DNA from: Podarcis vaucheri
Lineage: Eukaryota
Strand: one strand, 5' to 3'
Assembly (NCBI GenBank): GCA_965113315.1
Contig: OZ220369.1
DNA length: 64,000 nucleotides
The notes beneath the pieces are model-generated. The model was given only the letters and a program-made list of their open reading frames with translations, ran no database searches and was not told where the DNA came from. The first letter of the stretch is position 1. The number at the start of each line of letters is the position of its first letter. Shown here in pieces: positions 1 through 11,100 of the stretch. The position numbers were made by a program, and so were the translations under genes.

Positions 1-281
1 CAAAACACGCTGTTCCTTGGGGTTTGCAGTTTCTCTTCAACAGCCACGCATGTGCACTTACAAATCCTAGGATGTCCCTCTTGGAATATTTTTTTTTAAA
101 AGAAGGTTAATGACCAGGCATGGCATTTCCACATGTCTTGCAATTATGAGTGCACCCATAATTTGTGCATCTTGGCACAGAAAGGGAATTGTGCTCAGCT
201 GAACTTTAGAGTTGGGGGCCCTGTTCATGGGCAGATGCACAAGAGCGGAGTCAGCATGGCCCTTGACCAGCATGGGATATA

Positions 282-644
282 AAGGTAAAGGTACCCCTGC
301 CCGTACAGGCCAGTCGTGTCCGACTCTAGGGTTGTGCGCTCATCTCACTTAAGAGGCCAGGGGCCAGCGCTGTCCGGAGACACTTCTGGGTCACGTGGCC
401 AGCATGACGAAGCTGCTCTGGTGAGCTAGCACCAGCGCAGTACACGGAAACGCTGTTTACCTTCCCGCTAGAAAGTGGTACCTATTTATCTACTTGCACT
501 TTAGGGGTGCTTTCGAACTGCTAGGTGGGCAAGAGCTGGGACCGAACGATGGGAGCTCACCCCATCGCGGGGATTCGAACTGCCGACCATGCGATCAGCA
601 AGCCCTAGGCGCTGAGGATTTACCCACAGTGCCACCCGCGTCCC
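282..644 (-). mobile_element. Sauria SINE, full length, with TSD
   Basis: tRNA-like head GGGACGCGGGTGGC.. on minus, B-box GTTCGAATCC, (ACCTTT)n tail; TSD AGCATGGGATATA at 269-281 and 645-657. Confidence 0.92.
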
Positions 645-670
645 AGCATGGGATATACGATCATGCAAAA

Positions 671-870
671 AGGAGAAAAGGCTATCAATAAGAGGAGAGA
701 GGGCTATCAATAATTACTAGCCACGATGGGCTGTTCTGCCTCCACACCCAGAGGTAGCAATACTTCTGTATACCTGTTGGTGAAAACTAGAGGAGGAGAG
801 AGTGCTGTTGTGCTTGGGTCCCGCTTGCTGGTTTCCTGCAAGCATCTGCTTGGCTGCTGAGATGTTGGGG
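671..870 (+). mobile_element. CR1 LINE 3' fragment
   Basis: Similar to 1430-1643 and 46041-46290 (ggctatcaat..ctagcca..tctgcctccac..ggagagtg). Confidence 0.55.
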
Positions 871-1429
871 ATTGTGCGTCAGTGGCAGAGCAGGGCACGC
901 AGGAGGTGCATCCAGGCACAGAGAGTCACTTTGCTTCCCACCACAGCCCTACCTGCTACTTAGTTTTGCCGGTCACCTGTGCCTCTTGCATCGGTGAGGG
1001 AAGCAAAAAAAAAAGGGGGGTGATGGAGCCTCAGAACAGTGGTAGAAGAATTTATTTTGCAGCTTGGCATGCCCCATGTGTGTTTTGGCACTCTGCGGTC
1101 TTCAGGAGCAACTGGGTCACATTCTGCTTGTTGTGGCTGTTTGCTTAGGCCAGGGTTGGCTTCTCCTGCAGCCCTCCAGATGTTGCTGGACCCTGACCTC
1201 CATCATCCCAAGCCTTTGGCCAGGTTGGCTGAGAGGGCAGGTGGCAGGCTCCTGTACCTAGAGCACATCATTCTGAAATTCTTCACACAAGCCATCGTCT
1301 GGCAAGCCACCCACTGTCTCCCACACAGTCAGCTTGGTCATGTCTTTGGGGTTTGATTGCTGGGCTGGTTTGTCTGCCTTCCACAACCTGGTGCCTTCCA
1401 GATGTTTTGGACTATGAATTCACAGAGGA

Positions 1430-1643
1430 GAGGGTGATCAACGGCTACTAGCCATGGTGGCTGTGCTCTGCTTCCACAGTCCAAAGCAGTAATGCTAGAA
1501 TACCAGTTGCTGCAAATCACAGGAGGGGAGAGTGTTCTTATATTCAGTTTCCAGTTTCCCACAGGCATCTCTGAGCACAGAATGGTGGACTAGATGGACC
1601 ATTGCCGTGATCCAGCGAGCTCTTTTTGTGCCCTTGTGTTCTT
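1430..1643 (+). mobile_element. CR1 LINE 3' end
   Basis: ggactagatggaccattg..tgatccagc..tgttctt, typical squamate CR1 3' terminus. Confidence 0.7.
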
Positions 1644-1861
1644 AGGCCTCAAGAGTTGGTGCATGGCTAGGGCTTGAGTGGCTGAAGTCTGCTGGGCTTT
1701 AGGCGCTCTCTGAGGCCAGGGGCTTGATGTTGCTTCTTCCCTCTCCTGTGGCAGCTTTGCTCGTCTTTGTGGCGCTCGCTCCGCCCGGACCCTCCCTGGT
1801 CCGCTGTTTGTCCCTGGCAGAAGCATTGATGCTCTCTCTCTCTCTCTTTCTCTCCCCATAG

Positions 1862-2022
1862 TGCCCTCTGCCAGTATGACGCGCCTGGCCCGCTCCCGCA
1901 CGGCTTCCCTCACCAGCGCCAGCTCTGTGGAGGGCGGGGGCAACCGCCCAAGAGCCTGTACCCACTCGGAGAGCAGCGAGGCCATGGGGCAGATCAACCA
2001 CACCATGGAGGTGTCCTGCTGA
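1862..2022 (+). CDS. NDRG4: NDRG4 last coding exon
   Basis: (CT)n tract + TAG acceptor at 1861; encodes PSASMTRLARSRTASLTSASSVEGGGNRPRACTHSESSEAMGQINHTMEVSC*, the NDRG4 C-terminus; synteny with SETD6 and CNOT1. Confidence 0.95.
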
Positions 2023-2496
2023 GGACCTCCACCTTACTCCTCCTCACCGTCTTCTTCACGGGTGACCTCGAGGGCCCACTCATCCAGTCACTCTCCAGCT
2101 GGCTCCATCCCCTGCGGCTTCCTGTGGCTTTAATTTCTTTTGCCGTCTTTCTTTTCCTTTCACATTATGGAATACAAAGTTGGGAGGGGGCATAGGGAGA
2201 GTGGGAAGCAGCAGCAGCTTGATGTCAACGGCCACCTCCACCCATAGGCCCAGGTGCCATTTTGAACCAGGGCGATTCCCTTGGGTTGGTTTCTAGCTGG
2301 CTTGGAAGCGGCAGGCATGTCCCTCTGCACAGCTTGAGGCAAGGCGAGCAGGAGGGGTGTTTTGCACCTGCTTAGCCAGGGTGCCTCTCCTTCAGAAAAG
2401 CCACTCACCCAGTGAGTCAGAAGGGGGAGAGTGTTCTCGTGGGCCCTTCAGCTTAGATGCCCAACAATTAATCCACAGTGTACCCGTGCAGTGGTT

Positions 2497-2685
2497 TACT
2501 TACTTGACTTATTTTCAGACACTTATATCCCTCCTTTTCCTTTTCCAAGGAGCTCAAGGTGGCATACATGGTTCTCCCCCTCCTCATTTAATCCCCACAA
2601 CAACTCTGTGAAGTAGGCTAGTTGAAAGAGGCAGTGACTGGCCCAAGGTCCTCATCTGACACTCCAACCACTTTACAGCACTGGT
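2497..2685 (-). mobile_element. MIR/CORE-like squamate SINE fragment
   Basis: ccccacaacaactctgtgaagtaggc..cagtgactggcccaaggtc core motif. Confidence 0.6.
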
Positions 2686-5307
2686 TCAGGAAGGAGGGAA
2701 ATTGCAACCTTGAAGGCAAATGCCTCTTAGTTTCTACCCTTCTCTTTGGCTTTGGAGCACAAGCTTTTTAGCTCCACAGCTTTGGAAAGCCTTTTTGGTG
2801 GCTGACTCTGTGCCGGCAGGTTTTGCTGGAAAGACAACAGAAATTGGGGCTTAACTGGGTAGGAACTTGTCCATAGAGTCGAGCCGTTTCTCCAGCTTGC
2901 TGTAGAAAACCATCCATGGGGGTCCTATTGCATCATTTCCTTCCCCTACATGTAAATTCAGTCAAAAGCAGAAAGTGGGAAGTTGTGTGTGTGCGCCCCC
3001 CCCCCCCATACTAGGAATGAGCAGCAAGACTTTCCAAGCATAAGGGGTAGGGAAAGGTCATAGTTGGTTTTAGGATTTGTTTGGGGTTTCCTCAAGCCTT
3101 TTAACCAGTGCTATAAATGGCCATTGGGTAACACTTGTTGCAATATAAGCTGCCCCTACTACCATAGCTTATTAATTTTTTTTAAAGGACAATCATTGGC
3201 AGGAATGAAAAACACAAGGGCACATTTACGCATGTTTAGACCATGCTAACCCTTGTGGCTTTCCCCTCAGGAATAGTAGATGCTTGATACTCTTGCACAA
3301 TAACTGTTCCCAGGATGCTTTCCTTGAAGGAAACCCCCCTAGAAAGCAGTGCTGGGTTGTGCATATGCTTTTAGGCTCAGCAGGAATAAGTAGCAGAAGC
3401 TTATCCAGCCTCAAAGAGGGAAAATGGGGCCCAGGAACATGACATTTATTTAGTTATTTAAAATATTTGTTTCCTGTTCTTGATCAACAGACCCAGAGCA
3501 GGATACATGAACTATTTTAAAACACAACACAGAAAATAAAAACATAAAAATATTCCCAACTAGGCAGGCACCAATGGGGGTGTTATACTCCAGCCTCTAC
3601 TGTGTAAGGCTTGTGTTGATGGGGATAAAGAGCTTCCTTCCCCAAAACAGCCCCATAGGGGACTGGTCACATCTCTTCCATGCTCCCGTCTGTATGAAAA
3701 AACAGGTAGCCTCATGGAAGGCCCTGATCCCGAAGTTTTGTCTGTGGCCCCCTCTGCACCTCAGGGATGTGATGGATCATGTGAAGGTGCTGGGATATCT
3801 GCCCCCAGACTGTGCCTGTCCACATTAGATGCTGTATCCACTTAAGTTCTACTCTGAGTAGAACTAGCACTGGATAGAGGCCATTGTTCCAATTGACCCA
3901 CAGGAGCACCCAGTCTCTCGCCCACACGACAGCAGCCTCTGTGGTTTCCCTTATGAAGTATTTCATCTAGTATTTATTTACTCACTGTAATGTCATCACA
4001 GTTAAGGGGGGGGGTAAAAAGGCAATGTTCATTTGAATTTCCTCCCCACTCTTTTCCTGTTGAGTAGATTGTGAGCCTGTGGGCAAGGGTCTTCTTGTGT
4101 TTTAATATCTGTATGGCTGTATGGCACTTAGAAAAAAATAGACTCTTTAATAAGTATTAAATGATAATTACTCTTATATTCAAGAAGTTACCCATAAGTT
4201 CCATTGGTCCTTTCATTAGATGGAGGCTCTCAGGGGGGCAATTCTATATGCATTAATTAACGTTACAGGATACGTTCCCCCAACTCCAGTAAAGAGGCTT
4301 GCGGGATCCTCACTTCAAAAAGTGCCCTGTTTGCCTAGCATCCAGCCCCTTCACTCTGTCCCCTCACGATGTGGTTATGCTTCGTACTAGCATGGCACCC
4401 TGTCATCTTGTGCTTTGTCCTTCCTGACTTTCTGAAGGATCCCCCCGCAACCACCTGAGTGCTCTCTGGGACAGTGCCTCATTTCCGTTCTGGCAGCACC
4501 ACAAAACCAGAGGGAAGCAAACGTGTGTGTCCTCTAGGATAGGTCTTAGGCAGCCCCCCACCCCACCCCGTGGCTCTGGGGCTGTTAATTTATTGAGGTC
4601 TTTCCATTTCAATTCATCTCAGAACCCCTTTCAGAGTTTGGAGGAGGAACAGTTAGCAAGAATTTGCCTTCGCATTTCTTCTCAAGTTCCGCACATTCAT
4701 GCCTTTGAAGAGACGATTCTCCCTACTCGCTCTGCGTTACTGTAAGCCTGCTATTGACGTGAAACCAGAAAGGCAGCTTATCTTGTCCATGCCACTCTGG
4801 GCTCCAAATGAGCCAATATACCCTTCTCCTTCCTTTCCCCAAACTGCTGCTGGACCACCCAGCCCATCGTTCTTGCTGAATCCCAAATGCATCCTTACCG
4901 CATCCTGATCTCATGTCAGACACTCAGTTCTTTTTACTGATGAAACACCCCACCCACATCAGCAATCTTGCACATCGCTGCATTTCCACGCAAGCAAAGA
5001 GCTTGAAGTGGGGTTTGGCCCAAAGAGCAACAAGCAGCTTGCGAGGAGTTCTGCCTCGCCTCTCTGCTACTCGGCAGGCTTTGCACCTGACTTTCTCGCT
5101 CCTGACAGTGCGCATGTCAAGGGGTATATATGTGTGCGTAGCCCAGGCATCTTTGCATTTAAATGGTTTGATGTTGCCACAACCAGTCCAGACACACTCT
5201 CTGTTTGATGTAATCCTCTAATCTCAGACTCTTTTATTTTGTGTGCTTCCTTCTAAACTTTAAATATGAATGATTGAAGGCTACTCGGACCCTCTTTTAC
5301 TGTAGAT

Positions 5308-5452
5308 CAGCTTTTGCCAACCTGGGACCCTCCAGAGGTTGTTGGATTACAGCTCCCATCAGCTCCTCAGCATCACACACCCAAGTTGGCTGGAGCTGAA
5401 GGAAGTTGCAGGAGAGAACACCTGCTGCAGGGCACCTGGTTGGGGGAGGCTG
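5308..5452. mobile_element. palindromic hAT-type MITE with 8-bp TSD
   Basis: Ends CAGC..CCAACC / GGTTGG..GGCTG; TSD CTGTAGAT at 5300-5307 and 5453-5460. Confidence 0.8.
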
Positions 5453-5838
5453 CTGTAGATATTGTTGCCTTTTTTCTTGATGTGTTCTTTCAGATGAGAT
5501 AGATCTATAAATTCCTATATATAATATTTATCTTGGATTCCACCCCTGCCATTTACTTGTAGCAATTGGCAACCAACGTGCAGCTTTTCATTTGAAGGTG
5601 ATCTAGCTATTACTGTGGGGTGGGGGTGGGGGGAATTGGATTTTTTTAAAGAAACATTTTCCTGATTAAGGTGGAATTTAATGGATTTCTTTTTTCTGTA
5701 TGAGGTGAAATGTAATATTTTTGTGCATGATGGTTGTTGATGCTCTCTGGTTGCATTGATGCCACAATATCTACAAAATGTAAAACAAGGCAAACAAACA
5801 AACCCATTGATGTAGAGAGGATTATTGTGTTGAAAACT

Positions 5839-5844
5839 AATAAA
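5839..5844 (+). terminator. polyadenylation signal AATAAA, probable NDRG4 distal PAS
   Basis: AATAAA at end of an AU/GU-rich block, followed by U-rich sequence and then a transposon cluster. Confidence 0.6.
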
Positions 5845-6216
5845 GATATTAAGATCAAGCAGACTCACTTTGCAGTCGAAGCGGCAGCTTATTCACAAGT
5901 GCCACATTTATTTATTTACTGTTAGCAGAATCCAATATATCAGGGCTGGGGAACCTTCCAAGCCCAGGGGCCAGATTGTGACCTCCCTTGAGGCAACTTG
6001 TAGGTGGGTGGAGCTGCCTACCTGTCAATCACCTGATGTCATAATGAGATCAGGTGACCTTTTTCTGACTATTTTCCACAGCACTTTGAATGGGGCTTCT
6101 GAGGAAATCCCATTCAGAGCACTCTGAATATTTTTTACATGCACCACCCCTCCAAAAAAGTTGTGTTGACACATGCCATGTGATAAAACTCCTTTGTGTT
6201 GATTCAATCCATAAGC

Positions 6217-6724
6217 CAGTGGTTTTCAAGCAGTGTGTCATGGAGTGCCTTGAATGATGGTCAGGGGTGCCACGGGCAAACTGGTCTCTGTCCCTCTTTC
6301 CTTTCCTCCCCCCTCTGATGCTCTCTTGTGTCTTTGCCTCCCAAAGGCTTGCACAGCTGTCTGTTGCAGCAGTCCTGGCTACATGCTCCCTAGGTGAATG
6401 AATGGTGCTTCTGGGACTGGTCAGGGGGTGCTCCCCAGTCCCCTGTGGGGCAGTGTGAGGAGGCACCTCTTTTTGGGGTGGGATGAGGGGCAGCTCAGAC
6501 CAGGAGCAGCAGCTGCGGCTGCCCACAGAACTCCCAAGGAGAGGGGAGAAGAGAGGAGGCTGAGAAAACACTCCGCAAGGGAGGGTGTTCGAAAAGGGGG
6601 TGAGGGGCTGCCAGCTCTGCAGGCAAGGTGTGACATAATTGGGCTCCTCTGCCCCATAGGGGTGCCGCAGAAAGAATGTAGTTGGTCAAGGGAGCCGTGG
6701 ACCCATAAAGCTTGAAAATATTTG
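6217..6724. mobile_element. non-autonomous hAT (Charlie-like) element with perfect 8-bp TSD
   Basis: TIRs CAGTGGTTTTCAAGC / GCTTGAAAATATTTG; TSD CCATAAGC at 6209-6216 and 6725-6732. Confidence 0.85.
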
Positions 6725-6739
6725 CCATAAGCGACTATA

Positions 6740-7190
6740 TTTTCCAATGTGATTTATGCCACCATCTGCCAATATTGTCCTCATGCACTCTACTTAAGAC
6801 AACAGGGCAGCCTCTATACAAAAGAATAAATGGACACAAATGGACATCAGAAATGACAATATCAAGAAACACGTGGGGAAACATTTCCACTTCCCGGAAC
6901 CCGCTATAATTGACATTAAGATGGACATACTGGAACAAATGAATTTCAAAGGGAGACTGCAACCTGTAGATAATGTAATTACCAGTATTAAAACTGTTAA
7001 TAGCAGAATACACTCAGTGCTATTCTGATTTCCTCTCAGTGTTTACAGTTCTCTTCCTCAACCATGTAGACCTACAACTCAGGATGTAATGAACTCATGC
7101 ATCTGTTGAACTGGACTGCTGTCCATGAAAGCTTAAGCCATTATAATAAATGTGTTGGTCTCTGAAGTGCCACAAGGCTCTGACTTGCTG
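6740..7190 (+). mobile_element. Penelope-like retroelement relic (GIY-YIG endonuclease + 3' repeat)
   Basis: Frameshifted SNVIYA..CQYCPHALY..TTGQPLYKRINGHK..DIRNDNIKKHVGKHFHFP..ILEQMNFKGRLQ; 3' end ctg..ga..gaaagctta..aataaa..gttggtctctgaagtgccacaag typical of reptile Penelope. Confidence 0.85.
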
Positions 7191-8168
7191 CTTCTTGCCT
7201 TGACGCTCCAGGTGAACACATCCAACAGCAACAACTCCTCTCCTCTAACAAACGGGTGAGAGGAGGAGAATAGCCCACAAAGAAAGGTGAGGATAGAATG
7301 GGCAGCCCCCTGGCAAAGCACAATTGCTTCCTCTGGCCCCTTTGCCATATCTCAGGGGTGGGAAACACTTTTCATCCCAAGGGCCAGATCCCCTTGTGGG
7401 GAACTTTCCAGGGGCCAGATGTAAATGATGGGCAGGGTCAGAGGCAAAAGTGGGAAGAGCAAGACATTTGACTCTTAACCTTTGTGCAATAGGCTCCCTT
7501 GCAGTAGTGCAAAACCCAGATACATACAAACCCACATACGCAAACGTCTCTCCATCCAGGCAAGTGAGAGGCCTTCTCACCATTCAAGAATATATTCTAG
7601 CCAAAGAGAAACAGTTGCTGTGGAGCAGGACCAGGGTGCAGACCGGGAATGGTTTAAGGGAGACCTACGGGAAGTGTGTCAACTCTGCATGCGGGAACTG
7701 TGAAAAAAAAAAAGCATATTTGATTCCAGTCCGCCTTGCACATATTGCTAGAGTTGGTTCCCCGCATGTATCGAAAGATTTTACTGGTACTTGCGGTATT
7801 GCACAAGTGCTTAACTTTTGGAAAGAACCGAGAACACCGTCGGAGCCCCTGAGGAAGAGGAGCAGCAGCAGCCCGGCTGGGGCAGAAGACGGAGCGAAGC
7901 GCCCCAGGGCTCTTTGGCGCACTGCCCGTGGTTGCTAAAATCGGCTTTGTAACGATATCTTAAAAACTAACGGGGCGGCCAGCGGAACTCCCTGCTACGA
8001 GGACACGGAGGAGAGTGAGCGGCTGCCTAATTGCCAGGCAGCTTCAGGGAACCGCGAAATAGCCCCTCCCTCCTGGGCGGGTTTTGCGGCTCCGCCCCGT
8101 AGCGTCAGACGAGCCTTTTCCTCGCGCGCAGGCTCATCTGGGCATTCGTGGTTCCGGGTGCGTCCGGC

Positions 8169-8195
8169 ATGGCGAAAGCGGCCAAGTTCGCCAAG
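8169..8195 (+). CDS. SETD6: SETD6 exon 1
   Basis: MAKAAKFAK, donor AAG|GTGGGT. Confidence 0.8.
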
Positions 8196-11100
8196 GTGGG
8201 TTTGGCGGCCGGACCGCGGCCTGAGGGGCGGCTAGTGGGCGGCGGCGGGGAGGCCTTAGCACCTCGCTCTCTCTTTCTCTCTGTGCTCCGCAGGTGGAGG
8301 AGGCGGCGGCGGCGGCGAGTGACTCGGGCGCCCTCTCCGCCTTCCTGGGCTGGTGCGCCGACGCGGGCCTGGAGCTGAGCGCTAAGGTACGGCCCGCCAG
8401 GGGTTTCCGCGGGCCCGAAGGGATTGGGCCAGCCGCTCCCTGCCGGCGGGGAGAGACTGGCCGAGGGGGAAAGGCCCCTCCATTCCCCCCCCCCGGGGAA
8501 AACGAGAGGCTTCCTTGCCGAGGCCCCGTGGCCAGGTGTTAAGGGGAGGCCGCTCTTCATTCAAATTCCCTTTGAATTTCACCTGCCCTTTGCGGGTGAC
8601 TCCTACTCCCAGGCGGCTCACACAACACAGGGGGAGGAAGTGCGGTTCCCAGCAGTAAAGGAGCGGAAGGCAGTGCAGAACCACCCGGAAAATTCAAGCC
8701 GAAATAAAACTTGTAGCAGTAAATATGCACCCGTCCTAATAATAAAATGCTTTAAAACAAAAACATTCATCCAAAGGAACCGGGCAGCAGCAAACAGGAA
8801 CCGGCATGAATAAGATAATGAAAACCTGGAGTTTTAAGACTTTAGTGCATCAATCAGCACCATTTTACTTTGCATTAATCTAGTCTGGCTCCTTTTCCTG
8901 CTTCCATTCTAACAGCTGCTAATGGTCGGTTAATATTGCCACTCTGGGGGAGCTAAAATAGTTAGAAAATGGCTGTATCACTCTTTAGTTACCTGACTTG
9001 TGTTACTAGGAAATTGGAAGGGGGGGTGAGAGACACCCCCCAAACGAGAAAATAACAGCAACATATCTGCAAAGGCATTGCATCTGCAAGGGAAGCTCAG
9101 CTCAGGAGCCTGTGACTCCCCACTGAACCCCAGGTCTCCAGCAAAGGAAAATACCAATTCACTGATAAATGTATCTATGTACTGGCTGAGTGGGAAAACT
9201 TCAGAAATTCATAAGAAGCCACTTATATTAATATTCTCAGTTCCAATGGCATTTAGGACCCATGGAAGTGAGGTATAAGGGGTGGAGTGAGAGAGCCCAC
9301 TGTAATCCCCAAGATGTACAGTCCCGTCCATCTGCAGGGCCTTCCTAAGGAGTCATGACTGGTGATAGCCCAGACAAGAAAAAGGGTTGCATTTGACTTG
9401 ACTCAGCGACCAGGGAACTGTAAATTCTTTCCTTTGTACTGTGATGAAGTGTGAAAGACTATATTTGAGTGACAGGGGCATGCCTGGATCTCAGGTTCTA
9501 CCTGAGACCAAGCCTTTTCTGTGACATATCTATGTCTTGATGATGCATCTTGAGATGTATTATGGGAAACTTTGGGAAACTTTGAAATACAGGTGTAACC
9601 CATTGATTAAGCTTCTGGCTGCTTCATCTTTGTGGTAGTAGGAAGTCTTGTTGCAACAATAAAGATCAGGCTCCAAGTACTCCCGATTACACTTGTGAGT
9701 ACAAAAGGGTAATTAAACTATTAAGGGTTGGCTTTTGTGACTCTAACCAGGGACCTGTAACTAAGGGTTGTAGTAAAAAAAACACCTTTTGGAGTTGGAG
9801 AAAAAACTTTCTTTTCCTGTGTTGTAGGTCAGCGTGAGCAGAGAGGGCACAGTAGCTGATTATGGCTTGGTGGCCAGGGAAGACATTGAGGCAGGAGAAG
9901 TCCTTTTCACCATCCCAAGAACGGCAGTCCTTTCGCAGTACACAAGCCCCCTTTCTTCCCTACTAGAGAAAGGTACAGGAATGGCTTTGGGGGGATTCTG
10001 TAGCTTCATTAAAAGCTTCATGTTCATTGGGCAGCCTGTCCAACCAGGTGCCCTCCGGCTGTTTTGAATTACAACTCTCAGCCCCAACCAGCACCAGTGT
10101 GCTTTCTATCATATAGAATAGCCTTTGCTAAGTAGGTGCCCTCCAGATGCTATTGGACTACAACTCCCACCAGCCCCACTTGGCATAGTACATATGCACA
10201 CACACAGTACCCTCTATTAATATATCCATATTCTCTGCATGTGTCTGGTTGTGCTAAAGGAGGTAGAGGCCCCCAGATTGCTGACCTATGGTGTACAGTA
10301 TTGACAGCCAGCCATGGTAATGATAGGAATTATAGTCCAACAGCTGGAGGGCACCAGGTTGATGGAAGGCTGTGCTATTGTCCTATAAAGAAGAATGTGC
10401 ATGTTGATACTTGTAAACGGGGTGGAGGAAACGGCAAACTCCTCAGTAAGCTTCCAGATTCTTCAGAATGCCCCAAACTGTGTCATCCTTGAGTGAGATT
10501 GTAGAGTTGTATTCTCAACTATGGACGTAGGTTTCTGGCTGATTTGGCTTGCTCTCTTAACAGATAATAGTTTTGGCGTTCTTACACTCTATTTTATTTA
10601 CCTTTAATAGAGCAAGCCTCTCTGGAGAGTCAGTCCGGCTGGGTTCCGCTCCTGCTTTCTTTGCTTCATGAATCCACAGCCAGTGATTCTCGTTGGGGGC
10701 CTTATTTGTCACTGTGGCCTAACTTCAGGGGTCTGGATCACCCCATGTTCTGGTAAGAGGGGAGGCTGTTTGGCTGTGTTCTGCCAGCACCCAGCTTCCT
10801 CAGGTAAATCAGTTGCAGCACATCTTCACCATAGAATCATAGAATCATAGAGTTGGAAGAGACCACAAGGGCCATCGAGTCCAACCCCCTGCCAAGCAGG
10901 AAACACCATCAGAGCACTCCTGACATATGGTTGTCAAGCCTCTGCTTAAAGACCTCCAAAGAAGGAGACTCCACCACACTCCTTGGCAGCAAATTCCACT
11001 GTCGAACAGCTCTTACTGTCAGGAAGTTCTTCCTAACAAATTTGGAGCCCAGAGCAGAGTCAACCACCTCAAGGATGCTTGTGAAGCATGTAGCTCAGAA

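Larger units (their letters stand above)
2023..5865 (+). other. NDRG4: NDRG4 3'UTR (inferred, about 3.8 kb)
   Basis: Follows stop; AU-rich terminal block 5480-5850 ending at AATAAA 5839-5844; an earlier AATAAA exists at 3535-3540. Confidence 0.55.
7830..8700 (+). promoter_or_regulatory. CpG island / SETD6 promoter
   Basis: High CpG density unlike the flanks; GC boxes GGGCGGG (8074-8080) and CCGCCCC (8092-8098) upstream of ATG 8169. Confidence 0.85.

Noticed and set aside
1-1861. NDRG4 alternative micro-exon (IAYLKDRRLSGGA type)
   Set aside because: Not found in this part of the intron; may lie upstream of the window
1590-2006. Minus-strand ORFs over the NDRG4 exon, and other long ORFs (6050-6571, 7450-7938, 8105-8560, 12236-12811)
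   Set aside because: Antisense shadows, GC-rich or transposon sequence; no recognisable domain or splice context
3845-3865. Palindrome AGTTCTACTC-T-GAGTAGAACT
   Set aside because: Resembles the ctactc.gagtag core of a common squamate repeat; no evidence of function
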